DNA of 64,000 nucleotides from a virus: IMG/VR virus record IMGVR_UViG_3300043436_003929, positions 4,664 to 68,663 of that record; one strand, 5' to 3'. Shown piece by piece: positions 1 to 10,300 of this stretch (position 1 is its first letter; each line of letters starts with the position of its first letter). The notes under the pieces were generated by a model. It saw only the letters and a program-made list of their open reading frames with translations, ran no database searches and was not told where the DNA came from. The position numbers and the translations under genes were made by a program.

Positions 1-1070
1 CTAATACTCCAAGTGAGACTCCTACTAATACACCTACTGAAACGCCTACCAACACACCTACCGAGACACCAACTAACACTCCAAGTGAGACACCGACAGA
101 AACCCCTACAAATACGCCTACCGAAACTCCTACTGAAACTCCGACTAATACTCCAAGTGAAACTCCGACTAATACTCCAAGTGAGACTCCTACAAATACT
201 CCAACTGAAACTCCTACAAATACTCCAACTGAGACTCCTACCAACACACCTACCGAAACTCCAACTAATACTCCAACAGAGACACCTACAAATACGCCTA
301 CCGAAACCCCAACTAGTACACCAACAGGAACACCTGGTGAGACACCTACACAAACTCCAACTGAAACACCAACAAATACACCAACACCTAGTGAAACTCC
401 GACAAATACTCCAACCGAGACTCCAACTAATACACCTACTGAAACACCTACAAATACTCCAACCGAGACTCCTACAAATACACCTACTGAAACTCCGACT
501 AATACTCCAAGTGAGACTCCTACAAATACGCCTACCGAAACACCAACAAATACTCCAACAGAGACCCCAACTAATACTCCAACTGAAACTCCTACAAATA
601 CGCCTACCGAAACACCAACAAATACACCATCAACAACACCTGGTGTGACAACAACACCAACTCCAACCGAGACACCTACAAACACTCCAAGTGAGACTCC
701 AACAAATACACCAAGTGAAACACCTACAAATACACCTACTAACACTTCAACTGTTACACCAACATCAAGTGAGACACCTACACCAACTCCAAGTATAACT
801 CCAAGTATTACACCTACAATTACATCAACTATAACACCGACAATTACACCAACTAATACTTCAACTGTAACACCTACAATTACTTCAACTGTAACACCAA
901 CAACAAGTGTTACACCTACTCAAACATCAACTCCTACAAATACATCAACCCCACAAGTAACTCCAAGTGTAACACCAACAAAGACAGTAACACCAAGTAT
1001 TACACCGACAAATACCGTAACACCTACTATTACATCAACACCTGGTGCGACACCAACACCAACCCCATCA
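1..1070 (+). repeat. Degenerate coding repeat ([12 protein letters not shown] units, ~12-nt period)
   Basis: Recurring actccaactaat/acacctactgaa-type units with varied synonymous codons. Confidence 0.9.
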
Positions 1071-1262
1071 TCATTCCCGTTAACAGGAATTAGTGAGAAT
1101 GTGCAATACGCATACACTATTGATATATTAGGTTCGTTTAGTGGAGGATCGGCACCTGCTGGGTCATTTGCTCCTCACCCGATATTTACTGATGAGAACG
1201 GAGTTCCTTACGCACAATTAAACTCAATCACCTTAGGTGGTTTTAACGGATTAAATAATTAA
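3..1262 (+). CDS. C-terminal part of a large Thr/Pro-rich (mucin-like) virion protein, 5'-truncated by the window
   Basis: Frame is open from position 3 ([14 protein letters not shown]...) to TAA at 1260-1262; the track's 645 start is internal. It ends in a short non-repetitive tail ([30 protein letters not shown]). Confidence 0.8.
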   Translation, partial: NTPSETPTNTPTETPTNTPTETPTNTPSETPTETPTNTPTETPTETPTNTPSETPTNTPSETPTNTPTETPTNTPTETPTNTPTETPTNTPTETPTNTPTETPTSTPTGTPGETPTQTPTETPTNTPTPSETPTNTPTETPTNTPTETPTNTPTETPTNTPTETPTNTPSETPTNTPTETPTNTPTETPTNTPTETPTNTPTETPTNTPSTTPGVTTTPTPTETPTNTPSETPTNTPSETPTNTPTNTSTVTPTSSETPTPTPSITPSITPTITSTITPTITPTNTSTVTPTITSTVTPTTSVTPTQTSTPTNTSTPQVTPSVTPTKTVTPSITPTNTVTPTITSTPGATPTPTPSSFPLTGISENVQYAYTIDILGSFSGGSAPAGSFAPHPIFTDENGVPYAQLNSITLGGFNGLNN

Positions 1263-1285
1263 AACTAAAACAAAATAAAACAAAT

Positions 1286-2521
1286 ATGGCAGACTTAAAA
1301 CCAATTGGTAGTGAAAAACTAACAGGTCAAGACAAATTAAATAGGATAATGGAAATTGCTCGTTTTAACGAAGTAATGCCAAAAGTCATTAATGAAACCG
1401 CTAAATCTGAGTATTCAGTATCTTTGGCTGACGGAAACAATTATGAGATTGTTAAAGAAAGACAAGGATATATCATTAAAAAAACTATCTCTGAATCACA
1501 AACGGATTACATTGAACCTATGAAAAATAGAAAGTACTATTCTTCATATTCACAAGCATTTAAGAGATTAAATCTCTTGGCTGGTGAATTAAATAGAATT
1601 AACGAAAATGAAGAAGGTGTTTCTTTATATGGTGAGCAAAAAAAGTTTACATTAAAAACTCCAAAGCCAGCACCGGCACCTGAGGCTGAAGCACCTGTTG
1701 CTCCACCATCTGAACCACCTGCGGTTCCATCACCTGAATTGCCACCATCACCTATTGGCGGTGAAGATATGGGTGATATGGGAATGCCTGATATGGGAAT
1801 GCCTGATATGGGAGGTGAAGATGTCGCTCCTGAGGTTGATGTTGATATTGATGCTGAAGAAGAAGTTAGCGGTGGTGAAGACCAAGTTACATTCAAGACA
1901 ATACAAAAACTTACAGGCAAATTAACCCAAAAAATCAGAACTCTTGATAATCAAGAAGGAATGACTTCTGAAGATATTAAATATGTTATCAATATGGTAT
2001 TATCTTCATTGGATTTGAAATCTTTATCTGAGGAAGATAAAGAAGATATTATGTCAAAATTCGAAGAAGATGAAGCTGAAGATTTTGGTGCTGAAGATGA
2101 TATGGGTGGTGAAGATATGACCGACGATACTGAAGTTGAAGATATTCAAGCCAGTATGGATGTTCCCGTAGAATCTGAAATGGAAGAAGAAAACTATGGT
2201 AACGGAGCAATCTTTGATAGCATCTTTGGTGAATCAAAAGTAGATAAAGTTATTTCAAAATATTTTGAGGTTTCAAAAAAAGAAATCAGAGAAAGTAAAG
2301 AAAAACAAATCAAAGAAACTGTAAAAAGAAAAAAAGCAGTAAATGAAATTATGGAATCGGTAATTAAAATGACTGAAACTGTTGAACAAGAATTTGCGGC
2401 TAAGAAATTTATAAATGAAAATCTAAACTCTAAGTTTGTTGGAATTACAAACAAAAAGAATTTGGTTTTCGAAACTAAAACAGGTCAAGTAAAAATTACA
2501 CCAAACGGAGATTTAATATGA
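1286..2521 (+). CDS. Acidic hypothetical protein, probably head-associated
   Basis: 411-aa ORF with D/E- and P-rich linkers, A-rich leader, in the operon leading to the terminase. Confidence 0.6.
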   Translation: MADLKPIGSEKLTGQDKLNRIMEIARFNEVMPKVINETAKSEYSVSLADGNNYEIVKERQGYIIKKTISESQTDYIEPMKNRKYYSSYSQAFKRLNLLAGELNRINENEEGVSLYGEQKKFTLKTPKPAPAPEAEAPVAPPSEPPAVPSPELPPSPIGGEDMGDMGMPDMGMPDMGGEDVAPEVDVDIDAEEEVSGGEDQVTFKTIQKLTGKLTQKIRTLDNQEGMTSEDIKYVINMVLSSLDLKSLSEEDKEDIMSKFEEDEAEDFGAEDDMGGEDMTDDTEVEDIQASMDVPVESEMEEENYGNGAIFDSIFGESKVDKVISKYFEVSKKEIRESKEKQIKETVKRKKAVNEIMESVIKMTETVEQEFAAKKFINENLNSKFVGITNKKNLVFETKTGQVKITPNGDLI

Positions 2522-2913
2522 GCTATTTAACTTATATTAATGGGTTAGGTCCTAACTATAAGGGAGATAATTTATATGAATTTATATTTTCGGATAGTTT
2601 GGATATTTGGGGAGAATCTTGGGAAAGCAAACCGTCTAACGGATACCCATCTCCACCTGAATTACAATACATTAAAAAAGTAGGAGTTCTGAGGAATACA
2701 GAATTAAAACTGGAATTGATTCAGAACTCCGATTTTTTTTCTATGATTGATGCTATGGACGATGTTGTGGCATTGGCATGGGAGCCAGAAGAATCTCAAG
2801 GACAAAAAAGAATGGTTTTTAGATTTGGATGTTCTGAACAGGAAATTAAAGATAAACTCTATGAAAGAGATTTGATTTTAGAATTTGAAAAAAAAATAAT
2901 ATATGAAAATTAA
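2518..2913 (+). CDS. Hypothetical protein
   Basis: 131-aa ORF overlapping both neighbours (translational coupling). Confidence 0.65.
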   Translation: MSYLTYINGLGPNYKGDNLYEFIFSDSLDIWGESWESKPSNGYPSPPELQYIKKVGVLRNTELKLELIQNSDFFSMIDAMDDVVALAWEPEESQGQKRMVFRFGCSEQEIKDKLYERDLILEFEKKIIYEN

Positions 2914-3862
2914 TAAAAAAGCCCTTAAATTAATTGATAAAGGTTTATCATCTAAAACAGTTAGTAAATTATCTGAATCTCAGATAGACGTATTATATTC
3001 AAAATTATTGGGAGAAGCAACAGTAAATGTTAGTAGTAAAAATCCAAATGCAGCACAGATTGCTAAAGATATGAATTCAAAAGGTGTTAGTGTTACAGTT
3101 ACCGAAAAAGAACTTGGTGAAGATGATGACTTTGATTTGGAAGCCGATCAGGCATATACTGGACAACAAGGTTCTCACGATGAATATCAAGCTGCCGATG
3201 ATGGTATGGATGATGATACATCACCTGAAAACCACGATAGTAAGATGATTGGTATGTCTGAAGAAAAGAAAAATGAACCAAATCCGTGGGCTATTTGTCA
3301 TTCTCAAGTTGGACCTAAAAAATCAAGAAAATGGGAAAGATGCGTTAGAGAAGTAAAAAAACAGTTGAAAGAAGGTAAAAATCCTGTATCTTTGTTTTTA
3401 GAAAATCAAATACAAAAAATAGTGGAAAAACACATCCCTCCAAGAATCACCAAAGGTGATTTAATTAAACATATTACAGAATCAAGTTCTAATTTTGCAA
3501 CAAAACACATTCAATCAGGTTTTGGAACTGAGGTAGCACCTTCAAAACCAAAGGTAGCGCCTGGTACAAAAGAAAAACCAAAGACAAAACCATCACACCC
3601 TGGTAAAAATCCAAATCCTGGTGAAAATCCAGCACCAAAGGCGAAGAAAAGTGAGTCTAATGAACAACAAATATCACCTGAACCAACAACAAAACCAGCA
3701 CCAGCAAAACCTGGTACAAAACCAAGTACAAGACCAAGACCTTCACACCCTGGTAAAAATCCAAACCCTGGTGAAAATCCAGCACCAAAGGCAGGTAAAA
3801 TATCACCTGACCAGGCAAAGGATAAAGTAATTGATGTAATATTGAATATCTTAAAAAAATAA
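2903..3862 (+). CDS. Hypothetical protein with NPWAIC...C motif and a duplicated Pro/Lys-rich segment
   Basis: 319-aa ORF; PSHPGKNPNPGENPAPKA occurs twice. Confidence 0.6.
   Translation: MKINKKALKLIDKGLSSKTVSKLSESQIDVLYSKLLGEATVNVSSKNPNAAQIAKDMNSKGVSVTVTEKELGEDDDFDLEADQAYTGQQGSHDEYQAADDGMDDDTSPENHDSKMIGMSEEKKNEPNPWAICHSQVGPKKSRKWERCVREVKKQLKEGKNPVSLFLENQIQKIVEKHIPPRITKGDLIKHITESSSNFATKHIQSGFGTEVAPSKPKVAPGTKEKPKTKPSHPGKNPNPGENPAPKAKKSESNEQQISPEPTTKPAPAKPGTKPSTRPRPSHPGKNPNPGENPAPKAGKISPDQAKDKVIDVILNILKK
3593..3792 (+). repeat. 50-bp direct repeat (3593-3642 and 3743-3792)
   Basis: tcacaccctggtaaaaatccaaaYcctggtgaaaatccagcaccaaaggc, one mismatch between copies. Confidence 0.9.
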
Positions 3863-3865
3863 TAT

Positions 3866-5161
3866 ATGACAAAGAAATTTAACGAACAAATTGACTACGG
3901 GAATACTCCTGAAAGAATGGATCCTAATTTGGAAAGAAAATTAGGAAGTCCTGAAGGTCTTTATAGTAAAAATCCAGCAATGACCAAAGGTGCTGCCGAT
4001 GTTCAAAGATTGGTTAGTAAAAGGTTTCAAAAAGTTGCTGATAAATTAAGAGAGGTGACTGGTATTGAAGATCTTAGTTCAAGACAAGTTCAAGGAATGG
4101 TTTATCAGGAAATGATGAGAAAACTTCCTAATATAATGAGAATTGAAAGTGCTAATAAAGATGAACTTATTGAATTAGCAAAAGAAGCGTCTTTAGATGA
4201 AGCTGAGGTTCCTGCCGATTGGTATCAAATTGAAGCGAATTTAGGTATGCCTGACACAGGTAATTTTAGATTTGAACCTGAAGATGATGAGGACGAAGAA
4301 GAAAAGGAAGAAAAGGAAGAAAAAGATTCTTTAGAGTTTCCATCATTTGATGTTGAGGATTTAACTGATGAGGAAATATTAGAATTAGAAAAACATAAAA
4401 GAAATATCATCAACGCTATTATTCAGGGAGCGGCTAAAAAAGGTCATTACCTTTTTCAAAAACCTGAAGTTAAAGCAAGATTAGATGCTATTAACCCATC
4501 TCTTTATAGGGATTATTTAGGTATAATGGCAATCAATGATTTCTTTTACTTCACTATGGAACAAATGATTGAAATGATGAGTCAAACAGGTCAAGGTGTT
4601 GCTGGTAAAGTGGAATTAGATGATGCTGATGATGAAGGTGGAGAAGATGGTGAATCACAACCTGATACAAAAATCATAGCAACTGGAATGATATTTCCAA
4701 TTCTTTGTCACGAAATTATTAAAGGGTTAGAAGAGGCAAAGGGAAGACACGGATTACCAAAAGAACCAGGTCTTCGTCAAAAAGTACAAAAGCAAACGGA
4801 TATTTTATCTAACGAACCAATGCAATTAAGAATTGGTCCTGAGATTGTTGAAAAACTTAGATTTGCAATACCCGATAAAATGTATGAACAAGAAAATAAA
4901 GGTTTAATAAACTGGTTCCATATATTGTTATACCAAATACCAGCGGAAGAGTTTTTAAAAGTTATTGGAAACGCCATCTCTGAAGATCCTTCAAAAGTTA
5001 AATTAGCAACTTCAAAGTTTGAAGAAATTATGAAAGAAGCTATGCAAATGAAGGAAGAATTTGAAAATTATAAAGAAGAAGAGAATATTGATTCAGACGA
5101 AGACGAAAATGATGGTTTAGATGACTTTTTAAGTGGTTTAGGTATATCATTACCTAAATAA
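3866..5161 (+). CDS. Hypothetical protein upstream of terminase
   Basis: 431-aa ORF with acidic stretches, ending 8 nt before TerL. Confidence 0.65.
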   Translation: MTKKFNEQIDYGNTPERMDPNLERKLGSPEGLYSKNPAMTKGAADVQRLVSKRFQKVADKLREVTGIEDLSSRQVQGMVYQEMMRKLPNIMRIESANKDELIELAKEASLDEAEVPADWYQIEANLGMPDTGNFRFEPEDDEDEEEKEEKEEKDSLEFPSFDVEDLTDEEILELEKHKRNIINAIIQGAAKKGHYLFQKPEVKARLDAINPSLYRDYLGIMAINDFFYFTMEQMIEMMSQTGQGVAGKVELDDADDEGGEDGESQPDTKIIATGMIFPILCHEIIKGLEEAKGRHGLPKEPGLRQKVQKQTDILSNEPMQLRIGPEIVEKLRFAIPDKMYEQENKGLINWFHILLYQIPAEEFLKVIGNAISEDPSKVKLATSKFEEIMKEAMQMKEEFENYKEEENIDSDEDENDGLDDFLSGLGISLPK

Positions 5162-5169
5162 AATATTTT

Positions 5170-6933
5170 GTGAATAAAGAACAATTAATTATTGAAGTTA
5201 CGAAGTGTATGAGGAATACTCCTTACGCACTTCGTACTTACTTACAAACATACGATAATACCGTATCAAAATACGTCCCTTTGGACTTATTTCCCGACCA
5301 AGTTAGTTTAATAGAAGATTACGACAACTATAATGAAAATATAGCATTGAAGTATCGTCAGGCAGGTGTTTCCACAGTTACAGCAGCCTGGATATCAAAA
5401 AGATTGGTATTTGCCAAAAAAACAAAACCTGAAAAAATCCTTATAATTGCCAATAAGTTGGATACATCTATGGAGATGGCCAACAAAGTTAGAGGTTTTA
5501 CCGAACAATGGCCAAATTGGGTTGGTGTAACATTTTCAAAAGAAAAGAACTCACAAAGACACTTCAAACTTAGCAACGGATGTGAAGTTAAAGCGGTTGC
5601 AACATCAAAAGACGCTCTGAGGGGATATACCCCAACCATTCTTGTATTTGACGAGGCCGCGTTTATCGAAGCGGATTCAGATTTCTGGTCTGCGTGTATG
5701 GCATCCCTATCAACAGGGGGTAAAGTTATTGTTGTATCCACACCAAACGGATACGACCCAATTTACTATGAAATATATGATCAAGCATTAAGAAATATGA
5801 ACGATTTCAAAATATCTGAGATGTTTTGGTATCGTGACCCAAGATATACAAAAGATTTGTATATGGTTAAAACTAATGACTTGGTTCATTTTTTAAGAAA
5901 TAGAGAAGAATATTCTGATAAGGACATTATTGACTTATCAATGGAAAATCCATATGAAAGAGACCACACAATAGTAACCGACTATATCTCAAAAGGATAT
6001 AAACCATGTTCATCGTGGTTTGAAGGTATGGTTAAGAAGTTAAAATTTGACAATAGAAAAGTGGCTCAGGAATTGGAATGTAATTTCTTGGGTTCAGGTG
6101 ATAATGTATTTGAATCTGAGTTAATGCAAAATATTGCTAAAAACTCTTTGAAGGAACCCCAAGCCAAACTAATGGGTGGTTCATTATGGATATTTAAAGA
6201 ACCTGTAAACGGTCATAAATACGTAATGGGTGTGGATGTATCAAGAGGTGATTCTGAGGACTTCTCGTGTATTCAAATCATTGATTTTGATGAAAGAGAA
6301 CAAGTGTTAGAATATGTATCAAAAGTTCCACCTGATGTATTGGCAGAAATCGCCTATAAGTGGGGAACAATGTATAACGCATATTGTGTTATCGATATTA
6401 CAGGTGGTATGGGAATATCAACAGCAAGAAAATTACAAGAATTAAACTACCAAGGTGGTTTATATGTTGATAACGTAGATACAACTAACAAGTGGAAGTG
6501 GGATCCAAAAATAAATGATAGAATACCAGGTATAAATTTTAACTCAAAAAGAGTACAAATAATTGCTGCGTTTGAGGAGGGGGTTAGACACGGGTTTAAA
6601 GTATATTCAAATAGGTTGTATAACGAAATGAATACATTCATTTATATCAATGGAAGACCTGATCATCAAAAAGGACATCATGATGATTGTATTATGTCCA
6701 TATCTATGGCGTTATATGTTGCCGAGAAATCATTCCAATCACTTGAAAAAGTAACTAATCATACAAAGGCAATGATTAATTCATGGGCAACGACGGTAAA
6801 TGAAAATAAAAATTCATCAGAATTCTTTAATCCTATGGTTCCTCAAATGGGTAGAAGTAATGGTATGAGTAGACAAGGAGATGCGACCAAATCAGATTAT
6901 CAAAAATATGGTTGGTTATTTGGTTCTCACTAA
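5170..6933 (+). CDS. terL: Terminase large subunit (T4 gp17-like)
   Basis: Walker A-like KYRQAGVST, Walker B ILVFDEAAF, STPNG motif, RNase H-like nuclease MGVDVSRG...HDDCIMS; GTG start. Confidence 0.95.
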   Translation: MNKEQLIIEVTKCMRNTPYALRTYLQTYDNTVSKYVPLDLFPDQVSLIEDYDNYNENIALKYRQAGVSTVTAAWISKRLVFAKKTKPEKILIIANKLDTSMEMANKVRGFTEQWPNWVGVTFSKEKNSQRHFKLSNGCEVKAVATSKDALRGYTPTILVFDEAAFIEADSDFWSACMASLSTGGKVIVVSTPNGYDPIYYEIYDQALRNMNDFKISEMFWYRDPRYTKDLYMVKTNDLVHFLRNREEYSDKDIIDLSMENPYERDHTIVTDYISKGYKPCSSWFEGMVKKLKFDNRKVAQELECNFLGSGDNVFESELMQNIAKNSLKEPQAKLMGGSLWIFKEPVNGHKYVMGVDVSRGDSEDFSCIQIIDFDEREQVLEYVSKVPPDVLAEIAYKWGTMYNAYCVIDITGGMGISTARKLQELNYQGGLYVDNVDTTNKWKWDPKINDRIPGINFNSKRVQIIAAFEEGVRHGFKVYSNRLYNEMNTFIYINGRPDHQKGHHDDCIMSISMALYVAEKSFQSLEKVTNHTKAMINSWATTVNENKNSSEFFNPMVPQMGRSNGMSRQGDATKSDYQKYGWLFGSH

Positions 6934-6934
6934 C

Positions 6935-6942
6935 TATTTATA
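6935..6942 (+). promoter_or_regulatory. Putative late promoter TATTTATA (portal)
   Basis: Recurrent motif, 28 nt before the portal ATG. Confidence 0.55.
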
Positions 6943-6970
6943 TTATCAAGGTAATTAGTAGATTTAACAT

Positions 6971-8830
6971 ATGAGCGAAAATAATCTTACGGTATGGCAG
7001 AGACTGTCAAAAACACTTGGACCTAATTCATTATTAAAACAAGATTATCCGACTTTTAAGTTTGATAAAGAAGAACTTTTACGCACTCAAAGTCGTGATG
7101 ACTATGAGAGAGAAAAACTTCAAGCACAACAAACATATTATTTAACAAATCAATGGGCGAAAGTTGAGAATAATTTATATTCTCAAGCCATTTATTATGA
7201 ACCATCAAGATTATCTGCACAATACGATTATGAATCGATGGAATATACTCCTGAAATTTCAGCGGCATTAGACATTTATTCAGAAGAATCAACCACAACA
7301 GATGAAGATGGTTTTATACTTCAAATATATTCAGAGTCAAAGCGCATCAAATCAGTATTAGCCGATTTGTTTAACAACAATTTAGATATTAACACTAACT
7401 TACCAATGTGGACAAGAAACACTTGTAAGTATGGTGATAACTTTGTTTACCTTAAATTAGACCCTGAAAAGGGTGTTGTTGGTTGTCAACAACTACCAAC
7501 AATTGAGATTGAACGTCACGAAGTTGGTGTTAGCGCCAAAATTACAGTTGATATAACACAAGAAAAAGACGAAAATAAAAAAGCCCTTCATTTTACTTGG
7601 AAAAATAGAAACATGGAGTTTCAGTCTTGGGAGATAGCTCACTTTAGATTACTGGGTGACGACAGAAAACTTCCTTATGGTACTTCTATGTTGGAAAAGG
7701 CAAGACGTATTTGGAAACAACTATTGTTATCTGAGGATGCAATGTTGATTTACCGTACATCAAGAGCACCTGAAAGAAGGATGTTTAAGGTTTTTGTTGG
7801 TAATATGAACGATGATGATGTTGAAGCATATGTAAATCGTGTAGCCAACAAATTTAAAAGAGAACAAGTCGTAGATTCTAAGACAGGAAATGTAGATATG
7901 AGATTTAATCAAATGGCAGTTGACCAAGATTATTTTATCCCTGTTCGTGATCCTTCAGCACCAGATCCAATCACAACATTGCCAGGTGCAACTAACTTAT
8001 CCGAAATTGCGGATATTGAATATATTCAGAAAAAATTATTAACAGCACTTCGCGTTCCAAAGGCGTTCTTGGGGTTTGAAGAAGTTGTTGGTGATGGTAA
8101 AAATCTATCATTACAAGACATTCGTTTTGCTCGAACAATTAATAGAATTCAAAAAAGTATGTTAGCAGAACTTAATAAGATTGCTATTGTTCATTTATTT
8201 TTATTGGGATTTGAGGACGAATTACAGAACTTTACCTTAGGACTATCTAATCCATCAACGCAAGCAGATTTATTGAAAATTGATGTTTGGAAAGAAAAAG
8301 TTTTATTGTACAAAGATTTAGTTGCAGATCCAGGAAATGGTATTCAACCTACATCTTCAACTTGGGCTAAAAAACATATTTTTAATTGGTCTGATGAAGA
8401 AATTAGATTAGATTTACAACAACAGAGAATTGAGAGGGCTGTTGGAGAAGAACTTAAAGCGACTCCTACGGTTATTACTAAAACAGGTTTATTCGATAAT
8501 ATCGACAAATTATATGGCAATACTACTGGAGGGACAACAAATAATGCTGCAACAACTACAACGGATACTGAACAACCATTTGGGGGCACAGGAGGATTTG
8601 AATCAACAACACCACCACCATCCGAAGGTGGTGAGGAACCATTACCGCCAGCAGAAACTGGTGCACCTGAAGGTGGTGAAGCGGCCGTAACTCCAGAATC
8701 TAAACTAAAAAATATGAACTTATTAATAGAAAGTGATTTGATTGAGGGTTCAAAATTTTTAGATTTAGGTCAAGCTCAAGAATCTTTAGGTGAAATTTCA
8801 AAAGAACTGGATAAGTTATTAAATTCATAA
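6971..8830 (+). CDS. Portal protein (T4 gp20-like)
   Basis: EDAMLIYRTSRAPERRMFKVFVGNM, DYFIPVR, ITTLPG and DIEYIQKKLLTALRVP match gp20 signatures; follows TerL. Confidence 0.95.
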   Translation: MSENNLTVWQRLSKTLGPNSLLKQDYPTFKFDKEELLRTQSRDDYEREKLQAQQTYYLTNQWAKVENNLYSQAIYYEPSRLSAQYDYESMEYTPEISAALDIYSEESTTTDEDGFILQIYSESKRIKSVLADLFNNNLDINTNLPMWTRNTCKYGDNFVYLKLDPEKGVVGCQQLPTIEIERHEVGVSAKITVDITQEKDENKKALHFTWKNRNMEFQSWEIAHFRLLGDDRKLPYGTSMLEKARRIWKQLLLSEDAMLIYRTSRAPERRMFKVFVGNMNDDDVEAYVNRVANKFKREQVVDSKTGNVDMRFNQMAVDQDYFIPVRDPSAPDPITTLPGATNLSEIADIEYIQKKLLTALRVPKAFLGFEEVVGDGKNLSLQDIRFARTINRIQKSMLAELNKIAIVHLFLLGFEDELQNFTLGLSNPSTQADLLKIDVWKEKVLLYKDLVADPGNGIQPTSSTWAKKHIFNWSDEEIRLDLQQQRIERAVGEELKATPTVITKTGLFDNIDKLYGNTTGGTTNNAATTTTDTEQPFGGTGGFESTTPPPSEGGEEPLPPAETGAPEGGEAAVTPESKLKNMNLLIESDLIEGSKFLDLGQAQESLGEISKELDKLLNS

Positions 8831-8838
8831 TATTTATA
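8831..8838 (+). promoter_or_regulatory. Putative late promoter TATTTATA
   Basis: Immediately after the portal stop, 12 nt before the next ATG. Confidence 0.5.
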
Positions 8839-8850
8839 TTAAAACTAACG

Positions 8851-9552
8851 ATGATGACTTTCGGAAAAATCAAATCCATAATAGAAAACAATCTTATTGA
8901 ATCCTACAAAGATGAAAAGGAGTTCAAAAAATCATTAAAAGAATTTAAACATAATGTTTTAAATAATAAAACAATGTCTAAGGTATATTCTTTATATGAT
9001 CAATTAAGTACTCCACAAGGAATAAATGAATCTGATGCGAAAGATTTTTTGGAAGAAGGGATTAGTTTAATTCAAAAATTACTACCAAATATTAAATTAC
9101 CAAAAACTTTATCTGAGAATGTTGAGAATAAATACTCAGACATTGATACCCTTGTTTATACTAATAAATTAAATCTATTAGAAAGAGTTAATTCGAAAAA
9201 AAATATTACAAGTATATTAACTTCAAGTAATAATGTTGTTAAAGAATCTATAAACATACCATTAAAATCTATGGTTAGTATTGCCAATCAAACTTTAAAT
9301 AGGTACCTTGAGAATCTTGATGAGTCAGACAGGAAAGAATTCCTTCAACTAATTTCAGAAGATTCAAAATCTCTTGAAGCAAAATTTGAAGTTATTCGTG
9401 AAAGTGCAATCAATAAACTTACTCTCGTGTTGGAAAAAGAGGAAGAGTTTGAGTTAAAGACAAAATTGTCTGAAACTATAGATAGGTTAAAAACTGAAGA
9501 GTTTAACCAATTAAATTTTCTAAAAATAAAAAATTTAGAAGAATCAATTTAA
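8851..9552 (+). CDS. Hypothetical helical protein in head module (possible prohead core component)
   Basis: 233-aa K/E/L/N-rich ORF between portal and protease. Confidence 0.6.
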   Translation: MMTFGKIKSIIENNLIESYKDEKEFKKSLKEFKHNVLNNKTMSKVYSLYDQLSTPQGINESDAKDFLEEGISLIQKLLPNIKLPKTLSENVENKYSDIDTLVYTNKLNLLERVNSKKNITSILTSSNNVVKESINIPLKSMVSIANQTLNRYLENLDESDRKEFLQLISEDSKSLEAKFEVIRESAINKLTLVLEKEEEFELKTKLSETIDRLKTEEFNQLNFLKIKNLEESI

Positions 9553-9731
9553 AGAATTTTTTACTTTTTGAATGTAAGAAGCTTTTAAAAACTTAGATCT
9601 TTTTAACACAGATTTTTTCACAAATTCTTTTTTTTCAACCAGAATTTGATTCTGTCTACTTTTAATAACTTTAGATTTTAGAATTTTTAAAGATTTCTCA
9701 ATCCCATTTTTTTTACGTCTACTTTTAGCAT
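9544..9731 (-). CDS. rpsU: Ribosomal protein bS21 homologue interrupted by a -1 frameshift in an A8 tract (absent from the ORF track)
   Basis: ATG at 9731 gives MLKVDVKK; a -1 shift in the run at 9707-9714 continues NGIEKSLKILKSKVIKSRQNQILVEKKEFVKKSVLKRSKFLKASYIQKVKNSLN to TGA at 9546-9544 (62 aa). The pattern matches Bacteroidota bS21 (I(E/D)xxLK, FxKxSVxxR, KAxYIQ). Confidence 0.85.
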
Positions 9732-9831
9732 ATAATTACAAATATCTGAATTTATTAAAAAAACTTTGACAATCGATTTATTTTATACTATTTTTTAACA
9801 AAAAAATAAACATTGTAATTAATGAAAATTA

Positions 9832-10263
9832 ATGAAAAAAGGAAAAAGTGTAAAATTAAATCTATTCAGTCCAATAAAATCCGTTTACGGCACCGTAGAT
9901 TCTAAAAATTTAAAATCGTTATACATAAACATTCAATCGTGGGTTTCACCAAAATTTGAACACGATAATTGGAATCGGGTAGTTTGTAATTTAAACAGAG
10001 AAATAAAACACTCAGTTTTTAATTCAATTGACACAAACACATTTAAAGAAAATAGTATTGTTGATTTAGACCTTAGAACTAGTGGTATTTCTCACGGTAA
10101 AAAATCATTCTTTAACTTAGAAGTTAACCTATACACTAACAAAGAATTTGATTTTAAGTCAACAGAATTAAAAGAATCTATAAAAAAAATTGTAAGAAAT
10201 ATTGTAAGAGATAATATAATAGAAAATAAATACTTTGACTTTTCATTATCCAAAAGTAAGTAA
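9832..10263 (+). CDS. Hypothetical protein
   Basis: 143-aa ORF divergent from bS21, upstream of the protease. Confidence 0.65.
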   Translation: MKKGKSVKLNLFSPIKSVYGTVDSKNLKSLYINIQSWVSPKFEHDNWNRVVCNLNREIKHSVFNSIDTNTFKENSIVDLDLRTSGISHGKKSFFNLEVNLYTNKEFDFKSTELKESIKKIVRNIVRDNIIENKYFDFSLSKSK

Positions 10264-10279
10264 AGATGATTCTTTGATA

Positions 10280-10286
10280 TATTTAT
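10280..10286 (+). promoter_or_regulatory. Putative late promoter TATTTAT (protease)
   Basis: 14 nt before the ATG at 10301. Confidence 0.5.
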
Positions 10287-10300
10287 CTTAAAAACGATTA

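Noticed and set aside
13-648. Leu/Gln/His-rich 211-aa ORF, and similar ORFs at 58559-59098, 41655-43340 and 52160-54097
   Set aside because: Alternative-frame shadows of the T/P and GSSGTS coding repeats.
1-1070. Possible CRISPR array or non-coding tandem repeat
   Set aside because: No constant repeat with unique spacers; variation falls at third codon positions, so it is coding.
4700-4750. Zinc metallopeptidase motif in ORF 3866-5161
   Set aside because: Reads HEIIK rather than HExxH; insufficient support.
9766-9791. TTGACA as a sigma70 -35 element for ORF 9832
   Set aside because: The nearest -10-like hexamers are only 12-14 nt away, so spacing is non-canonical.
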